From: Treponemataceae bacterium
GTDB taxonomy: Bacteria; Spirochaetota; Spirochaetia; Treponematales; Rectinemataceae
Assembly (NCBI GenBank): GCA_963678065.2
Contig: CAXXVZ010000003.1
Coordinates: 2,304,001-2,368,000 of the forward strand
DNA: 64,000 bases
Direction: 5' to 3'
Shown here: in pieces, positions 20,524-31,158 of the stretch
How the letters are laid out: each line of letters opens with the position of its first letter
Numbering within the stretch: position 1 is the first letter of the stretch
Program-made: the position numbers and the translations under genes
The notes under the pieces: generated by a model
Told to the model about the DNA's origin: nothing
The model's input: only the letters and a program-made list of their open reading frames with translations
The model's database searches: none

Positions 20524-20534
20524 CGAAGGCCGCA

Positions 20535-22733
20535 TTGATCGAAACATTTGGCAATATCAAGGACAAGGAGTATTTCATGGCAGGAGATTGTTTCCGCATT
20601 GGCGACATTCGGGTGAAGGTGTGCCTCGAAGAAATTTCCGAGAGCATTCTGCGCGTATCGGTATTGCCGGCCAACGAATCGGTGTCTTCGGTGTTTTCCA
20701 GGTTCGATCTTGCCGATCGGCCGTGGGGCGAGTCATCCACTGCCTCGGATGGCTTCGACAAGACCGAATCGATATCGACACAAAGCTTTTCCGCAAGGAT
20801 CGCTGCCAAGCCTTTTTCCATCAAAGTGTCCAGGGGCGGAAAGCAGCTTCAATCACTTGAAATAGATAGCGAAAACGGCGAAGTGCGCTTCGACCTGGGT
20901 TCCGGCCCCCTTTTCGGCCTCGGCCACGGTTTCAAGAAGCACTTCGACCGGAAAGACGAATATTACGACCTGAAGACGAACGGTCAGGTTCCCGGCATTA
21001 TCGAAAACTACAGTGCCACTTCTCCCAGCCCATATATCGCGAGCACCGAAGGCTGGGGCGTATATTTCCATCAGCCATGGAAAGGCTCTATCGATCTCCG
21101 AGGGAAGACGGGTGTTTTCAAAAAACAGCCCGCTCCTTACTGCGACATGTTCATCGTGAGCATCAAGAAGCCGGTCGACGCCGCAACCGCGTTCTATGAG
21201 ATTACCGGCCGTCCGCCTATGCCGCCAAAGTACACTTTCGGATATCAGCAGAGCTACAGGACTCTCCTGCATAATGGGGAAAACCTTGTGCTCTCCACTG
21301 CCAAGTACATGCGTGACAACAAAATTCCCTGCGACCTCCTCATCTACCTGGGCACCGGGTATTGCGAGAACGGCTGGAACACGGACAATGGCGAGTTCAC
21401 GTGGCATCCTGAAGTTTTTCCCAAGCCCGCCGAGACAATGAATAAACTCCACGAGATGAACTACAAGGTGAGTTTGCACATCACAAAGTGCCATACAGGG
21501 CTTCATGGAAGCGTCAACGATGCCGGAGAGACGAGTCCTCTCGAATACGACCACGCCAAAAATTACTGGAAGATCCACGAGGACCTTTACACGATATCGA
21601 AGAACGAAGTCTGGTGGCCTGACGATGCCGACGAAGTCGACATGGAGCAGAGGCTGAACCGCCACAGGATGTACTACGAAGGCAGTTTGAGGCTGAATCC
21701 GGATGTACGGCCGCTTCAAATGCAGCGGAATGCCTTTCCTGGCTGTACAAAGTGGGGAGGTCTCGTCTGGACGGGCGACGTGCTATCGGAGTGGGAAACC
21801 TTGAAGAATCAGGTTCCCATAGGATTGAACGCGGCCCTGAGCTGCAGCCCTTTCTGGGGCACCGATACCGGAGGGTTTTTCTCCACAGTCGAGTATGATG
21901 GGGAATTGTATACGAGGTGGTTCGAATTCTCTACCTTTACACCTCTGTTCCGCTCCCACGGGCGGCCTTCCTTCCTTCACAATCCCTGGGGTTGGACGAA
22001 ATACAAATCTCTCGACGACATGCCGCTGGAATTGAGCCCGCACATGATTCGATGCGCCGCTCCGAAAAAAGACATAGTGCCCGACGAGAGAGTCGAGCCC
22101 ATCTGCAAGAAATTCATCAATGCCCGATATGAGCTTCTTCCGTATATCTACAACCTCGCCCACGAAGCGTCCGCACACGGAATCCCCGTAATGAGGCCGA
22201 TGTGGTTCGAGTATGCTGATGATGCCACGGCGAAGGGAATGGGAAGCCAGTACTTCCTCGGGGAAAGCCTGCTCGTCGCTCCCGTCACCGCCAAAGGGGC
22301 GACAACATGGGAAGTGTACATCCCAAAGGGGAAATGGTACGATTATTGGACCGGTACGGCATACGACGGAGGAAAATCGATAACTGTGGACGCTCCCCTG
22401 AACACCATTCCGGTGTTTGTTCCCGCCGGGGGTATCATCGCCAAAGCACCCGTTGTCCAGTTCGTCGACACCAGACCCATGTCCGGTTTTGACAAGCTCA
22501 CGATAGAGATTTACCGTGGGGCTGACGGCAAGTACGATCTCTACGAGGATGACGGGATAAGTATGGACTATCAACAGGGGAAATGTTCCAGGACCACCAT
22601 CAGCTGGACTGATATTTCAGAGACTATCAATGTCACTGGCACTTCGGAAATGTATGGTGGCAGGGAAAGACAGATCGAGTTCGTCCTGAAGCCGGGAAAT
22701 CAAAGAAAGACCGTAAAAGTCGAATATATCTGA
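20535..22733 (+). CDS. Glycoside hydrolase family 31
   Basis: TGRPPMPPKY.FGY.QS, WW.D nucleophile region, WTGD, WGTDTGGF, LFRSHG, LLPYIY, MRPM, LYEDDG. Confidence 0.9.
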   Translation: MIETFGNIKDKEYFMAGDCFRIGDIRVKVCLEEISESILRVSVLPANESVSSVFSRFDLADRPWGESSTASDGFDKTESISTQSFSARIAAKPFSIKVSRGGKQLQSLEIDSENGEVRFDLGSGPLFGLGHGFKKHFDRKDEYYDLKTNGQVPGIIENYSATSPSPYIASTEGWGVYFHQPWKGSIDLRGKTGVFKKQPAPYCDMFIVSIKKPVDAATAFYEITGRPPMPPKYTFGYQQSYRTLLHNGENLVLSTAKYMRDNKIPCDLLIYLGTGYCENGWNTDNGEFTWHPEVFPKPAETMNKLHEMNYKVSLHITKCHTGLHGSVNDAGETSPLEYDHAKNYWKIHEDLYTISKNEVWWPDDADEVDMEQRLNRHRMYYEGSLRLNPDVRPLQMQRNAFPGCTKWGGLVWTGDVLSEWETLKNQVPIGLNAALSCSPFWGTDTGGFFSTVEYDGELYTRWFEFSTFTPLFRSHGRPSFLHNPWGWTKYKSLDDMPLELSPHMIRCAAPKKDIVPDERVEPICKKFINARYELLPYIYNLAHEASAHGIPVMRPMWFEYADDATAKGMGSQYFLGESLLVAPVTAKGATTWEVYIPKGKWYDYWTGTAYDGGKSITVDAPLNTIPVFVPAGGIIAKAPVVQFVDTRPMSGFDKLTIEIYRGADGKYDLYEDDGISMDYQQGKCSRTTISWTDISETINVTGTSEMYGGRERQIEFVLKPGNQRKTVKVEYI

Positions 22734-22807
22734 TCATATATCATGTATTCATTGCGATTTTTCCACTAGCTCACACGGTAGGAAAAACCGCAATCATAAA
22801 AGGGAGT

Positions 22808-23497
22808 ATGATTATGAAGAAGGATTTGAGCGAAAAAACCTTGGGCATTATACATGCATCTATATTGACGACCAGAGCCGTGCAGAAATTTTTGGATGAA
22901 TTCATTCCTGAAGTCAAAGTCATGCATATGGTCGACGATACAATCCAGCGTGACAATATCGCTGCGGGTCCGGGCATAATTCCAAAAGTAAACTACTTCA
23001 AGTTCGCTCAATATGCGCACAATCTTGAGGAAGCGGGCGTTGACCTGATCCTTCTGGCTTGTTCAACATTCAACTTTGCGGCCGAGCTGGCACGCCCGAT
23101 GATAAATGTGCCGATTGCCCAAATAGACAGGCCGATGATGGAACAGGCTGTAAGGGTCGGTAGGAAGGTGGGCCTTCTGGCCACCTTGGCGACGACGGTA
23201 CCCTCGTCCGAACGCCTCCTCAAGATAGCGGCGGAGGAAGCCGGCCGAGAAATCGAGGTAACGACAATCCTGTGCGCAGAAGCATTCGAGGAATTGCAGA
23301 GGGGCAATGTGGAACGACACAATCAACTCTTGCTTTCCAACGTCGATGAGCTTTCCCGATCGGTGGACGTCATCGTCATGGCCCAGCTTTCGATGTCAGC
23401 TCTCTCGCCTTTTGTACAAGATTCACGGGTTCCCGTGTTGAACTCGGGTACGAGTTGTTTCGTTCGCGTACGTGAGATGCTCGAGGCAATGTTGTGA
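22808..23497 (+). CDS. Asp/Glu/hydantoin racemase-superfamily protein
   Basis: DLILLACST, IDRPM, GLLAT..TT, DVIVMAQLSM. Confidence 0.75.
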   Translation: MIMKKDLSEKTLGIIHASILTTRAVQKFLDEFIPEVKVMHMVDDTIQRDNIAAGPGIIPKVNYFKFAQYAHNLEEAGVDLILLACSTFNFAAELARPMINVPIAQIDRPMMEQAVRVGRKVGLLATLATTVPSSERLLKIAAEEAGREIEVTTILCAEAFEELQRGNVERHNQLLLSNVDELSRSVDVIVMAQLSMSALSPFVQDSRVPVLNSGTSCFVRVREMLEAML

Positions 23498-23528
23498 TAC
23501 ACTGATTTGAAACGATATGGAGTACTGA

Positions 23529-24065
23529 ATGGACATTGGAAATCGTATCCGGAAGCTGAGATTGAGCCAGAAGCGTACTCTTCAGGATATCGCCGACGGA
23601 AGCGGATTCACGAAGAGTCTGCTTTCGAAGATTGAAAATGGCTTGGTTATGCCTCCCGTAGCTACCTTGTCTAAGATAGCAAAGACGCTTGGGGTAAATG
23701 TCTCGAGTCTTGTGGAAGTCGGGAAAAATATGGGAGCGATCTTTACTCCAGCAGAAAAAATAACTATTTCCGATGAGATAAAATCGGCCTCCGGTTATAC
23801 CTTTTATCCAATTGCTTCAGATCATCTCCATAAAAAAATGCAGCCTTTCATTTTTCACGCCCGGCTGGGAGAGGTCGTCAAACACGAAGTCTCCCACGAA
23901 GGCGAGGAATTCCTCTATGTGCTCGAGGGGGAGATGAAGTTCAAAGTCGGTAGTATAGAATACACACTCAAGGCAGGAGATAGCTTGTATTTCGATTCTA
24001 TTGAAAATCATGGTGTAACACCGATCTCGAAGGAAGTGTGCTATCTGGATATTTTCGTGGATTGA
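23529..24065 (+). CDS. XRE-family regulator with cupin domain
   Basis: IGNRIRKLR...LSKIENG HTH; HEGEEFLYVLEG...GDSLYFDS..H cupin. Confidence 0.92.
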   Translation: MDIGNRIRKLRLSQKRTLQDIADGSGFTKSLLSKIENGLVMPPVATLSKIAKTLGVNVSSLVEVGKNMGAIFTPAEKITISDEIKSASGYTFYPIASDHLHKKMQPFIFHARLGEVVKHEVSHEGEEFLYVLEGEMKFKVGSIEYTLKAGDSLYFDSIENHGVTPISKEVCYLDIFVD

Positions 24066-24427
24066 GATGAATCACGTTTAGGTTCAATGACGGCTTTTTC
24101 ACGTGCACAGGTCCTCCGAGCCTGCATCACAGCGAACCGCTCCCGTTTTGTCGTGCAGGAATTTGCCTGTGATCTCTTCTTGGGCTCATCCACAACGAGG
24201 AATCAGTCTCCCTCGCAGGGCTTGGATATCTACGGTCATGCCATGTCGTCTGGAGCGCTGTCCGGTTTCTGAAAGTGAGTAAACGGGTGTGCAACCGAGT
24301 TGATGGTGTTCCAATCGATGTGCCATGCCATTGAGGACCTGGTCGCCTCCTTTCTCCCTGCCGCATTCCTGCTGTTGCTGCGAGGAGAGTGATGAGATAA
24401 AGATCAATTCTGCAATCCCATATGGCG

Positions 24428-24661
24428 TTAACAGTATTCGTATTTAGTAGTTTCGTAATGATTTCTGTATCTATTGTACTTTCGTGCTGCCATTTTCCCC
24501 GATTTGATCATACTGATAGCAAAATTCTCTGCTTCCGCCTTTTTTGTGCTACATGTCGATATACCACTCATCCGTTCGCCAGTCTCGGGATCTCGAAAAC
24601 GAACATAGTATGTAGCTTTTTTTCCGGTTGATCTCCTGTACATTGAATATTGTTTTGCCAT
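24428..24661 (-). pseudogene. Truncated tyrosine integrase (N-terminal arm only)
   Basis: YYVRFRDPETG..SGIST..TKKAEAE resembles the N-termini at 42124-43302 and 52680-52961; adjacent to the tRNA-Pro 3' end. Confidence 0.65.
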
Positions 24662-24811
24662 GATGCCAACTCCCTAGTTATATAGTTACGGAGTTGAAAC
24701 ATTGGTTTTTCAGGGTTTGGGGGATTTGGCTACACTTCCGGCTACACCGCTCCTAAAAGAAAAATCCCTGCTGTACCAGGAGTATTATTCCTTATACAGC
24801 AAGGATTTAAG

Positions 24812-24885
24812 TCGGGCAAGCCAGACTCGAACTGGCGACCCCAAGTCCCCCAGACTTGTACGCTAACCACCTGCGCTATTGCCCG
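24812..24885 (-). tRNA. tRNA-Pro(GGG)
   Basis: CGGGCAATAGCGCAGGTGGTTAGCGTACAAGTCTGGGGGACTTGGGGTCGCCAGTTCGAGTCTGGCTTGCCCGA cloverleaf. Confidence 0.95.
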
Positions 24886-24939
24886 GAACACCTCCGTCGC
24901 CGGAAGCCGGTTGAACATAGCACGTCCGGAAAAGCCATG

Positions 24940-25800
24940 TCAATGGCAGCCAAAGCGTTCATCGCCCGGCCTGGGGTCGATGCCGGGGCGGGTGAGGGCG
25001 AAATCATATTTGACCGGATCGCCGGGAGAGTAGAGCCGGAAGGCCTCCGTGACGCGGAGCGCCGCCCTCATGTCGGGGAGGCGGAACGGGGCGTAGGCTT
25101 CGCTCTTTCTGCCCTTCTCTGCCTCGCCGAGGAATCCGAGCCTCTCTCTGCAGGTCGCAAACATGTGAGTGTCGAGGGGTACGATGAGGCGGGCAGGATC
25201 CAGCTTTGTCCAGCCTCCCGGATCGATCGCGTCTTTCCGCACCATCCAGCGCAGATACAGGAGAAGCCTCTTGCAGGCCGAACCCGCTCCCGTATCCGGA
25301 AGAAGGTTCGGTCTCAGCCTTCCGCCCCCGAGTTCCCGGATTCCGCGCGCGAAATTGCCCGCCGCTTTCCGCAGGTCCGGGCCGCCGGGGTCGCTCGAGC
25401 AGAAATACGCCTCGAGACTGCCCGTCATCCTGAGGGCCTTCCTGATTCCGACAAGAAGGGCTACCATGTCAGCGGAAAACATGAAGCGATACTGAAAATC
25501 CTTCCATATTTCCGCGATATCGCCCTCATCCATCGAGAGTAGCGCGCTCGCCGGATGCTCTCCAAGCGGAGAGAGGGCGATCCTGCAGGCCTTGAGGATG
25601 AGGTCGACGGACCCGAAGGCCAGAACCGATGCCACAAGTCCGGCCACCTCGCGGTCCGCGACATCGAGATAGGGCACGACTAAGGCGAGGGGATCTCGTT
25701 CGAGCCTTCCGGGTACAGAACACTCGGCGTAAATCTCTTCGAGCATACAGGCGATGGCGGGATCGAAGGCCGGAAGGGGCAAAATGCTTCTGGTTCTCAC
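24940..25800 (-). CDS. TIGR02757/DUF2400 family protein
   Basis: DP...Y....DREVAGL, SACKRLLLYLRWMVR.D.IDPG.W, PLDTHM, DPVKYDFAL. Confidence 0.85.
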   Translation of the reverse strand: MRTRSILPLPAFDPAIACMLEEIYAECSVPGRLERDPLALVVPYLDVADREVAGLVASVLAFGSVDLILKACRIALSPLGEHPASALLSMDEGDIAEIWKDFQYRFMFSADMVALLVGIRKALRMTGSLEAYFCSSDPGGPDLRKAAGNFARGIRELGGGRLRPNLLPDTGAGSACKRLLLYLRWMVRKDAIDPGGWTKLDPARLIVPLDTHMFATCRERLGFLGEAEKGRKSEAYAPFRLPDMRAALRVTEAFRLYSPGDPVKYDFALTRPGIDPRPGDERFGCH

Positions 25801-27701
25801 TTCGCCGCCCCCAGGGCGGTTCGCAGGGCGGAAATCCTCAGAGAGAGTTCCGTTTCGTTGGTCCCGAGGAGCACAGCCTGGCTGAAATAGAAGGAAGCCC
25901 GCTCTGGTTCGTTCAGCCTGAGATGGATTTCCGAGAGGGCGACGAGGGCGTCCACATCGTCTGCCTGCTCGAAGAGGGCCGCCCGGTAGCACCGCAAGGC
26001 CTCATCTTCCGAAAGGGCCATGCGTCCCTTCAAATACAGCAGGTAAGAGCCTAGCCGCGAAGAAGTCCCAGCCGCGGGAAGCGAGGAAACGAGATTCCCG
26101 GCCTCCTCGCTTTTGCCGGAAATCAGGAGCGCGCGCAAATATGCCTCAAGGGCATCCTCAGAGCCGGATTCTTCCTTGTACCAGGCCTGCGAATAGGCAA
26201 GGGCGTCCTGTATTCTGCCCGTATTGCGGAGTATCGAGGCCTGGGTTTTCCTGTCCACCGAGAGCTGCCCTGCGAGATCCATGTAGGAAAAAGCGTCGTT
26301 CCAATTGTTTCCTGAGGTAGACGCCACTATCAGGAGTCTCGATGCCTCCCGTCCGGCCTTCGCGAGCCGCGCCTCCTCGAGCGGAGAGGACACCCGCGTA
26401 TCTTTGAGCCCGGCCGCTTCGAGAAGAGGCCCGGTGAGGTCGCGGGACGGGGTATCCTCCGGGCCTGAGGTCGGATTCGCGACCCCAAGCACCGAGAGGG
26501 CACGTCTGGCATAACTCTCGGCCTGGAAGAATCCCGATTCAGGTCCCGAAAAGAGCGCCTTCGCGGCCAGAACGAGGAGCCCCGGATCATCGGGGTACGC
26601 GTCGAGTCCTTTCCGCGCCCACGAGAGCATCTCTTCCAGGTTCTTCATGCCTTGGGCCACCAGAGACCTCAGCTCGAAGTACAACCTCGATGACGATTCC
26701 GGTTTCGGGAGATTCGCGAGGATACCAAGGGCAATCTGGTACTCTCCGGACTCGGCGAGGTAATGAGCCCGGATGAGGCGCAAGGTCGGATCCCCAGGCA
26801 GGAATTCAAGAAACCGCGTCGCCTGGACAAAGGCTTCGGACAATCTGCCATTGGCGTGGAGGACCATAGCCCCGAGAGACAGGACCTGCGGTATCGTGTC
26901 TGTTTCGGGATCGAGGGCATCGATGACCGCAGCAGCCTCTGGATAATGGCTGAGAGACAACTCACAGCGCGCAAGGCCGAGGGCGGCTGGCCAGGCATTC
27001 GGGAAGGCCGCAAGCGCGGCGCGATACTGCTCCGAGGCACCCCGGTAATCTGCCCTGATCTCGGCAACCTTCCCCCGGAACAGTCCGGGCAGTACAGAGA
27101 CCATCCCCGCCGCATCCAGGTTTGCGGCGGCTTCGAGCGCCATGCCGGAGTACATGGTGGCATCGGAACCGAACAGGGGCAGACAGGCGAGAGTTGCGCT
27201 GAGGAGGGGTGAAAGTACTTTATATGCAGAGGCGGCCTGTAAAGGGGAACCTGGAATGCCCACGCCGTTCGGAGCAGAGCTCACGCTGACTGAGAGGCCG
27301 CCTGGCGCAGCCAAGATACTGCCGGTTTCTGACGGGAGCTTGCCGCTCCCTTCCACGCCAGACCCCAGCCCGGCCAGCACAGTATCCGGATAAATAGCTT
27401 CCCTGAAGGCCGCCGCGACAGCCTTCAGCGCCCCAAGTTCACTCACGGAAAGCTGCCTGGACTTACTTATCAGCAAATCGGCTGCGTCGAGAGAGGCGGG
27501 ATCGCCCCTCAGTATCGCCTTCTCGATACCTTCGCGCTCGGACCTTGCGGCGGGGAACGTGGAGGGATCGGCCATCTTGAGAGGAGTCGCGAAAGTCGGA
27601 TCTGACTGGCTCCAGACCGTATCCGCCCCGGCCAGAACCAGCAATGGAAGGAGCACGAAGGCGAAGACTAGCCTTCGCCCCCCTGCCTTTCGGCCTGTCA
27701 T
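25797..27701 (-). CDS. Tetratricopeptide repeat protein, probably exported
   Basis: Signal-like N-terminus; repeated Ala/Leu helical TPR patterns. Confidence 0.7.
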   Translation of the reverse strand: MTGRKAGGRRLVFAFVLLPLLVLAGADTVWSQSDPTFATPLKMADPSTFPAARSEREGIEKAILRGDPASLDAADLLISKSRQLSVSELGALKAVAAAFREAIYPDTVLAGLGSGVEGSGKLPSETGSILAAPGGLSVSVSSAPNGVGIPGSPLQAASAYKVLSPLLSATLACLPLFGSDATMYSGMALEAAANLDAAGMVSVLPGLFRGKVAEIRADYRGASEQYRAALAAFPNAWPAALGLARCELSLSHYPEAAAVIDALDPETDTIPQVLSLGAMVLHANGRLSEAFVQATRFLEFLPGDPTLRLIRAHYLAESGEYQIALGILANLPKPESSSRLYFELRSLVAQGMKNLEEMLSWARKGLDAYPDDPGLLVLAAKALFSGPESGFFQAESYARRALSVLGVANPTSGPEDTPSRDLTGPLLEAAGLKDTRVSSPLEEARLAKAGREASRLLIVASTSGNNWNDAFSYMDLAGQLSVDRKTQASILRNTGRIQDALAYSQAWYKEESGSEDALEAYLRALLISGKSEEAGNLVSSLPAAGTSSRLGSYLLYLKGRMALSEDEALRCYRAALFEQADDVDALVALSEIHLRLNEPERASFYFSQAVLLGTNETELSLRISALRTALGAAK

Positions 27702-28171
27702 TTACCCGACCGGTTCCCGGAACGTTTGTCGGGCTGATTGCCGGAACGGGTGCCGGCCCTGTTTTGCCTGAACCGGGAATAGCCGTAGGCCGAAAGGAGG
27801 CAGATGATGCCGGCTACAAGGAAACTCGGCCACCACATCAGGACGAATTTGCCAAAACTCACCGGGACGATCCGGAATGAAAACTGGGCAAAAACGACGC
27901 CGAGCAGTATGAATCCCATGGATGAGATGAGATAGCCGGTCGCCACCCTGCCCTTGCTCCCCAGGCTCGAAACGACGCCGGCAATGCCAGTGGCGAGGAG
28001 GAGAAGGGGCCATGCCTGGCCTGGTCTCCATCCCGCGAGGAGGGTCGTGAAAACGAGCAGTACGATGAGGATTGCGGCCGAGATGAGGAATGCCGGTGAA
28101 ATGAACATGTCCGGGCGGGTTTGTCTTTTGGCCATTGACATCATTGTATCCGAAAGCCTCGTCCTTGCCAA
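27698..28171 (-). CDS. Membrane protein (start uncertain)
   Basis: Four hydrophobic segments, WP motifs; overlaps the start of the next gene. Confidence 0.6.
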   Translation of the reverse strand: MARTRLSDTMMSMAKRQTRPDMFISPAFLISAAILIVLLVFTTLLAGWRPGQAWPLLLLATGIAGVVSSLGSKGRVATGYLISSMGFILLGVVFAQFSFRIVPVSFGKFVLMWWPSFLVAGIICLLSAYGYSRFRQNRAGTRSGNQPDKRSGNRSGK

Positions 28172-28201
28172 TAAAAAACCGGCCGTGCTATCATCCTGAC
28201 C

Positions 28202-29320
28202 ATGTCCGGACGCCGAATCCTCCTGTTTTTCCTCGTAATCGTCCTGACTTCGTGTACGGATCGCTGGTCAGCTTACAAGGTCGGCCCAAACGACCGCAAG
28301 CGGGAACTCTCGACCCTGTTCTCGCTCCTCGACAAGACGCAGGGACGAGGCAACCAGGAATCCTGCCGCGAACGCTTTGCCCTCAGCCACAAGATCGCCT
28401 CGATTCTCGCCCATGAAAACCAGTATGGCCGGCTTGCTTCCTTCCTGACCGTCATGCCGGCGCGTTTGTCGGTCCGCGCCGGAGGCGAAAAGACCTTGCA
28501 AAACTCCCCGAGCCCTTCGGAGGACCCCGTGGACGACCCCTACGAGGCCTGGTACCTTTACACGGCCGCAGCCGCCTATGAACACGAGGGAGCCCTGCCC
28601 GTCGCCGCCCTGTACTATGACCGCATCGTGAAGAATTGCCCCGATCTGACCGTAGAAGGAAAATCTCTCCACTTCCTCAGCCTGTCGCGCCTCATAGGGA
28701 CGACAGCTTCTCCCGAACGCCGCATCGCCTACTACCGCGACATGATAAGTCGCTTCCCGGACAGCACGGACATGGGACGCATACTTTTCCTTCTCGGGAA
28801 AGAGTACGAGAAAACCGGAGAATGGGACAAAGCCGTCAAGACCTACCAGGATTTTCTCCCTTGGTTCGGAACCACCGTGCCGGGATATCCCGACGCCTTC
28901 CAGTACGCCCGCAACCTCGTCGAACTCAATTCCAGCGCCCGCGATTGGACGTATCCCGACCTCAACCAGCTGATTGCCGGAATCCGCAAGGCCCTAGCGG
29001 CTGGTTCAGCCAAACAGCTGCGGAAACTGAGCTCCAAAGTAGGCTTTTTCGCGGTTTCCTGGCATCAGGGCGACGAAAGGGACGCAAACAGTCAGGTATT
29101 GTTTGATTTTGCCGAATTCATGAATAAGGGGAAGATTGCTGTAGCCGCCGGACTGGATCCTTCATCGGGCGAGCGCGACGCCTACCTCAAGACCACCGGC
29201 TGGAATGGGTCCCTGCCCATATGGTATTTCTACTTCCGCAAGGTGGATTTCCCCGCCGACCCCGATACCCACGGCAACTGGGAATGGGCCGGAATCTATT
29301 TCGGAGAAAAGATGCAATGA
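28202..29320 (+). CDS. TPR lipoprotein
   Basis: Lipobox VLTSC; TPR-like LGKEYEKTGEWDKA; C-terminal WEWAGIYFGE. Confidence 0.75.
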   Translation: MSGRRILLFFLVIVLTSCTDRWSAYKVGPNDRKRELSTLFSLLDKTQGRGNQESCRERFALSHKIASILAHENQYGRLASFLTVMPARLSVRAGGEKTLQNSPSPSEDPVDDPYEAWYLYTAAAAYEHEGALPVAALYYDRIVKNCPDLTVEGKSLHFLSLSRLIGTTASPERRIAYYRDMISRFPDSTDMGRILFLLGKEYEKTGEWDKAVKTYQDFLPWFGTTVPGYPDAFQYARNLVELNSSARDWTYPDLNQLIAGIRKALAAGSAKQLRKLSSKVGFFAVSWHQGDERDANSQVLFDFAEFMNKGKIAVAAGLDPSSGERDAYLKTTGWNGSLPIWYFYFRKVDFPADPDTHGNWEWAGIYFGEKMQ

Positions 29321-31140
29321 GAATATGCAAGTCAGGACGGTGTCACGCTTCCGAAGCGAGGCCGGGACCGGCGGCGCCGGGGCTGATTCCCCTCCTCGCG
29401 GCCGCCCTCCTTCTCCTCTCCGCGATGGGGTCCTACGCGGCCGATCCGGACTCGACGACAACGACGACGACTATGACAACAACGACTATGACAACAACGA
29501 CTATGACAACAACGACAATGCCCACCACAACGACGACAACACCCACAACCACGACAACAGTCCCGCTGGTCGCCCTGGCCACGCCGGACCTGGCCGAGAC
29601 GGCACCCGTCCCGGAAGCGTCGGCCCCCACGTTCCCCCCCGCTCGGAGCACAGGCATGGACGACGGAGTCCCCACGACGGAGACTCAGGCTGCGCAGGAA
29701 TCGCCGGCTCCCCCCCCGCCGCCTCCCGGCCCTCTGACATCGGCCGGGGTCATAGTCGAAGGGCTCGTCTACGACATGCCCATGCCCTGGGGCGACCCCG
29801 ACTTCGAATCCTTCAGGGCAACCTACATGACGAGGGCCGGTCAGAAATGGCTCGCGGCCGTCATGACCGGATCGCTTTCCTATCTCTCCTACGTCGAGGA
29901 GAGAATCCAGTATTACGGCCTGCCCCAGGAACTCGTCTATCTCCCCGTCGTCGAATCCGACTATTCACCCACAGCCGTCTCCCGCAGCGGCGCCGTCGGC
30001 CTCTGGCAATTCATGAAAAACTCCATCTCGGGCTACGGCATGAAGATCGACGACTGGGTCGACGAGAGGCGGGACTTCATGAAGAGCACCGACGGGGCGC
30101 TGAAAAAGCTCGCCGACAACTACAAGGCCCTCGGAGACTGGCCTCTCGCGATAGCCGCCTACAACGCCGGCCTCGGAGCGGTCTCGCGGGCGCTCGCCAA
30201 GACGGGCCTCGAAAAACCCACCGTCAACGACCTCAAGCAGCAGGGACTTATCGCGAAAGAGACACTCGGCTACGTGCCCAAATTCCTCGCCGTCGCCTCA
30301 ATCCTGCGCTACCCCGAACTCCATGGCTTGCCGGTGAGCTGGGGAGAACCTTCGACCTGGCAGGCCCTCCCCGCCAACCAGCCCGTCGACCTGTCCCTCC
30401 TCGCAGAACTCATAGGCATCCCGCACGAGACCCTGAAGCGCGGCAATCCGGAACTCCGCAAAGAAGTCACCCCACCCAATCCCCACCACCTCATCAAGGT
30501 GCCCGTCGATAAGGCCGAGGCCGCGAAGGCCATCCTGGACGACACTTCCCGTCCCCTCATCCGCTACTACACCTACAAGGTCAAATCAGGCGACAATCTC
30601 GGGGCCATCGCCAAGGGCTACAAGACTTCGATTGCGAACATCGTCGAGGCCAATCCCGGCCTCAATCCCGACAAGATCAGGGTCGAGCAGGTTCTGAGGA
30701 TTCCGGCCTACAACGGAGCCAGCCCCCCCACCTCCGTAGTCGCCGCGGCATCGACACCCACATCCACGGCGACACCTGCCGTGGCCTCGTCCGCAGCGGG
30801 GACCGCCACACTGTCGGCCACACTCACTGCAGCATCGTCCGGCCTGGCTGAGGCCGGAACCCTCGCCTCGAATGGGACCGCAACCGATGCAGGAGACCCG
30901 GCCGCCACAGCCTCCGCGTCTCCCGCCGCCCCACCCATCGCGATAGCGGCTGCCACCTTGGCGCCCCCGGGCAGCGGACCCATCTTCTCCGGCTCCCACA
31001 CCGTCGTGAAGGGCGACACGATCTGGAACATCTCGCAACGCTTCAAGATAAAGCCCGAGCTTCTCGCCGAAAAGAACGGCCTCAAGGTCGGCGGCGTCAT
31101 AAAAATAGGGCAGGTCCTCTCGGTACCTGCCCTGAACTGA
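29317..31140 (+). CDS. LysM-containing lytic transglycosylase (MltD-like)
   Basis: LPVVES, GAVGLWQFM, DERRD, AAYNAG, ET..YVPK; two LysM repeats (YKVKSGDNL, HTVVKGDTI). Confidence 0.9.
   Translation: MRICKSGRCHASEARPGPAAPGLIPLLAAALLLLSAMGSYAADPDSTTTTTTMTTTTMTTTTMTTTTMPTTTTTTPTTTTTVPLVALATPDLAETAPVPEASAPTFPPARSTGMDDGVPTTETQAAQESPAPPPPPPGPLTSAGVIVEGLVYDMPMPWGDPDFESFRATYMTRAGQKWLAAVMTGSLSYLSYVEERIQYYGLPQELVYLPVVESDYSPTAVSRSGAVGLWQFMKNSISGYGMKIDDWVDERRDFMKSTDGALKKLADNYKALGDWPLAIAAYNAGLGAVSRALAKTGLEKPTVNDLKQQGLIAKETLGYVPKFLAVASILRYPELHGLPVSWGEPSTWQALPANQPVDLSLLAELIGIPHETLKRGNPELRKEVTPPNPHHLIKVPVDKAEAAKAILDDTSRPLIRYYTYKVKSGDNLGAIAKGYKTSIANIVEANPGLNPDKIRVEQVLRIPAYNGASPPTSVVAAASTPTSTATPAVASSAAGTATLSATLTAASSGLAEAGTLASNGTATDAGDPAATASASPAAPPIAIAAATLAPPGSGPIFSGSHTVVKGDTIWNISQRFKIKPELLAEKNGLKVGGVIKIGQVLSVPALN
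29455..29560 (+). repeat. Low-complexity ACA/ACG tandem repeat encoding a poly-Thr linker
   Basis: 15-bp ACAACAACGACTATG units encoding TTTTM. Confidence 0.85.
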
Positions 31141-31158
31141 TCCCCGGAAAATCCGATA

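Noticed and set aside
12971..22733. Sulfoglycolytic transketolase pathway
   Set aside because: The GH31 lacks the sulfoquinovosidase-type WMADFGE context and no SQ isomerase was recognised; not formally excluded
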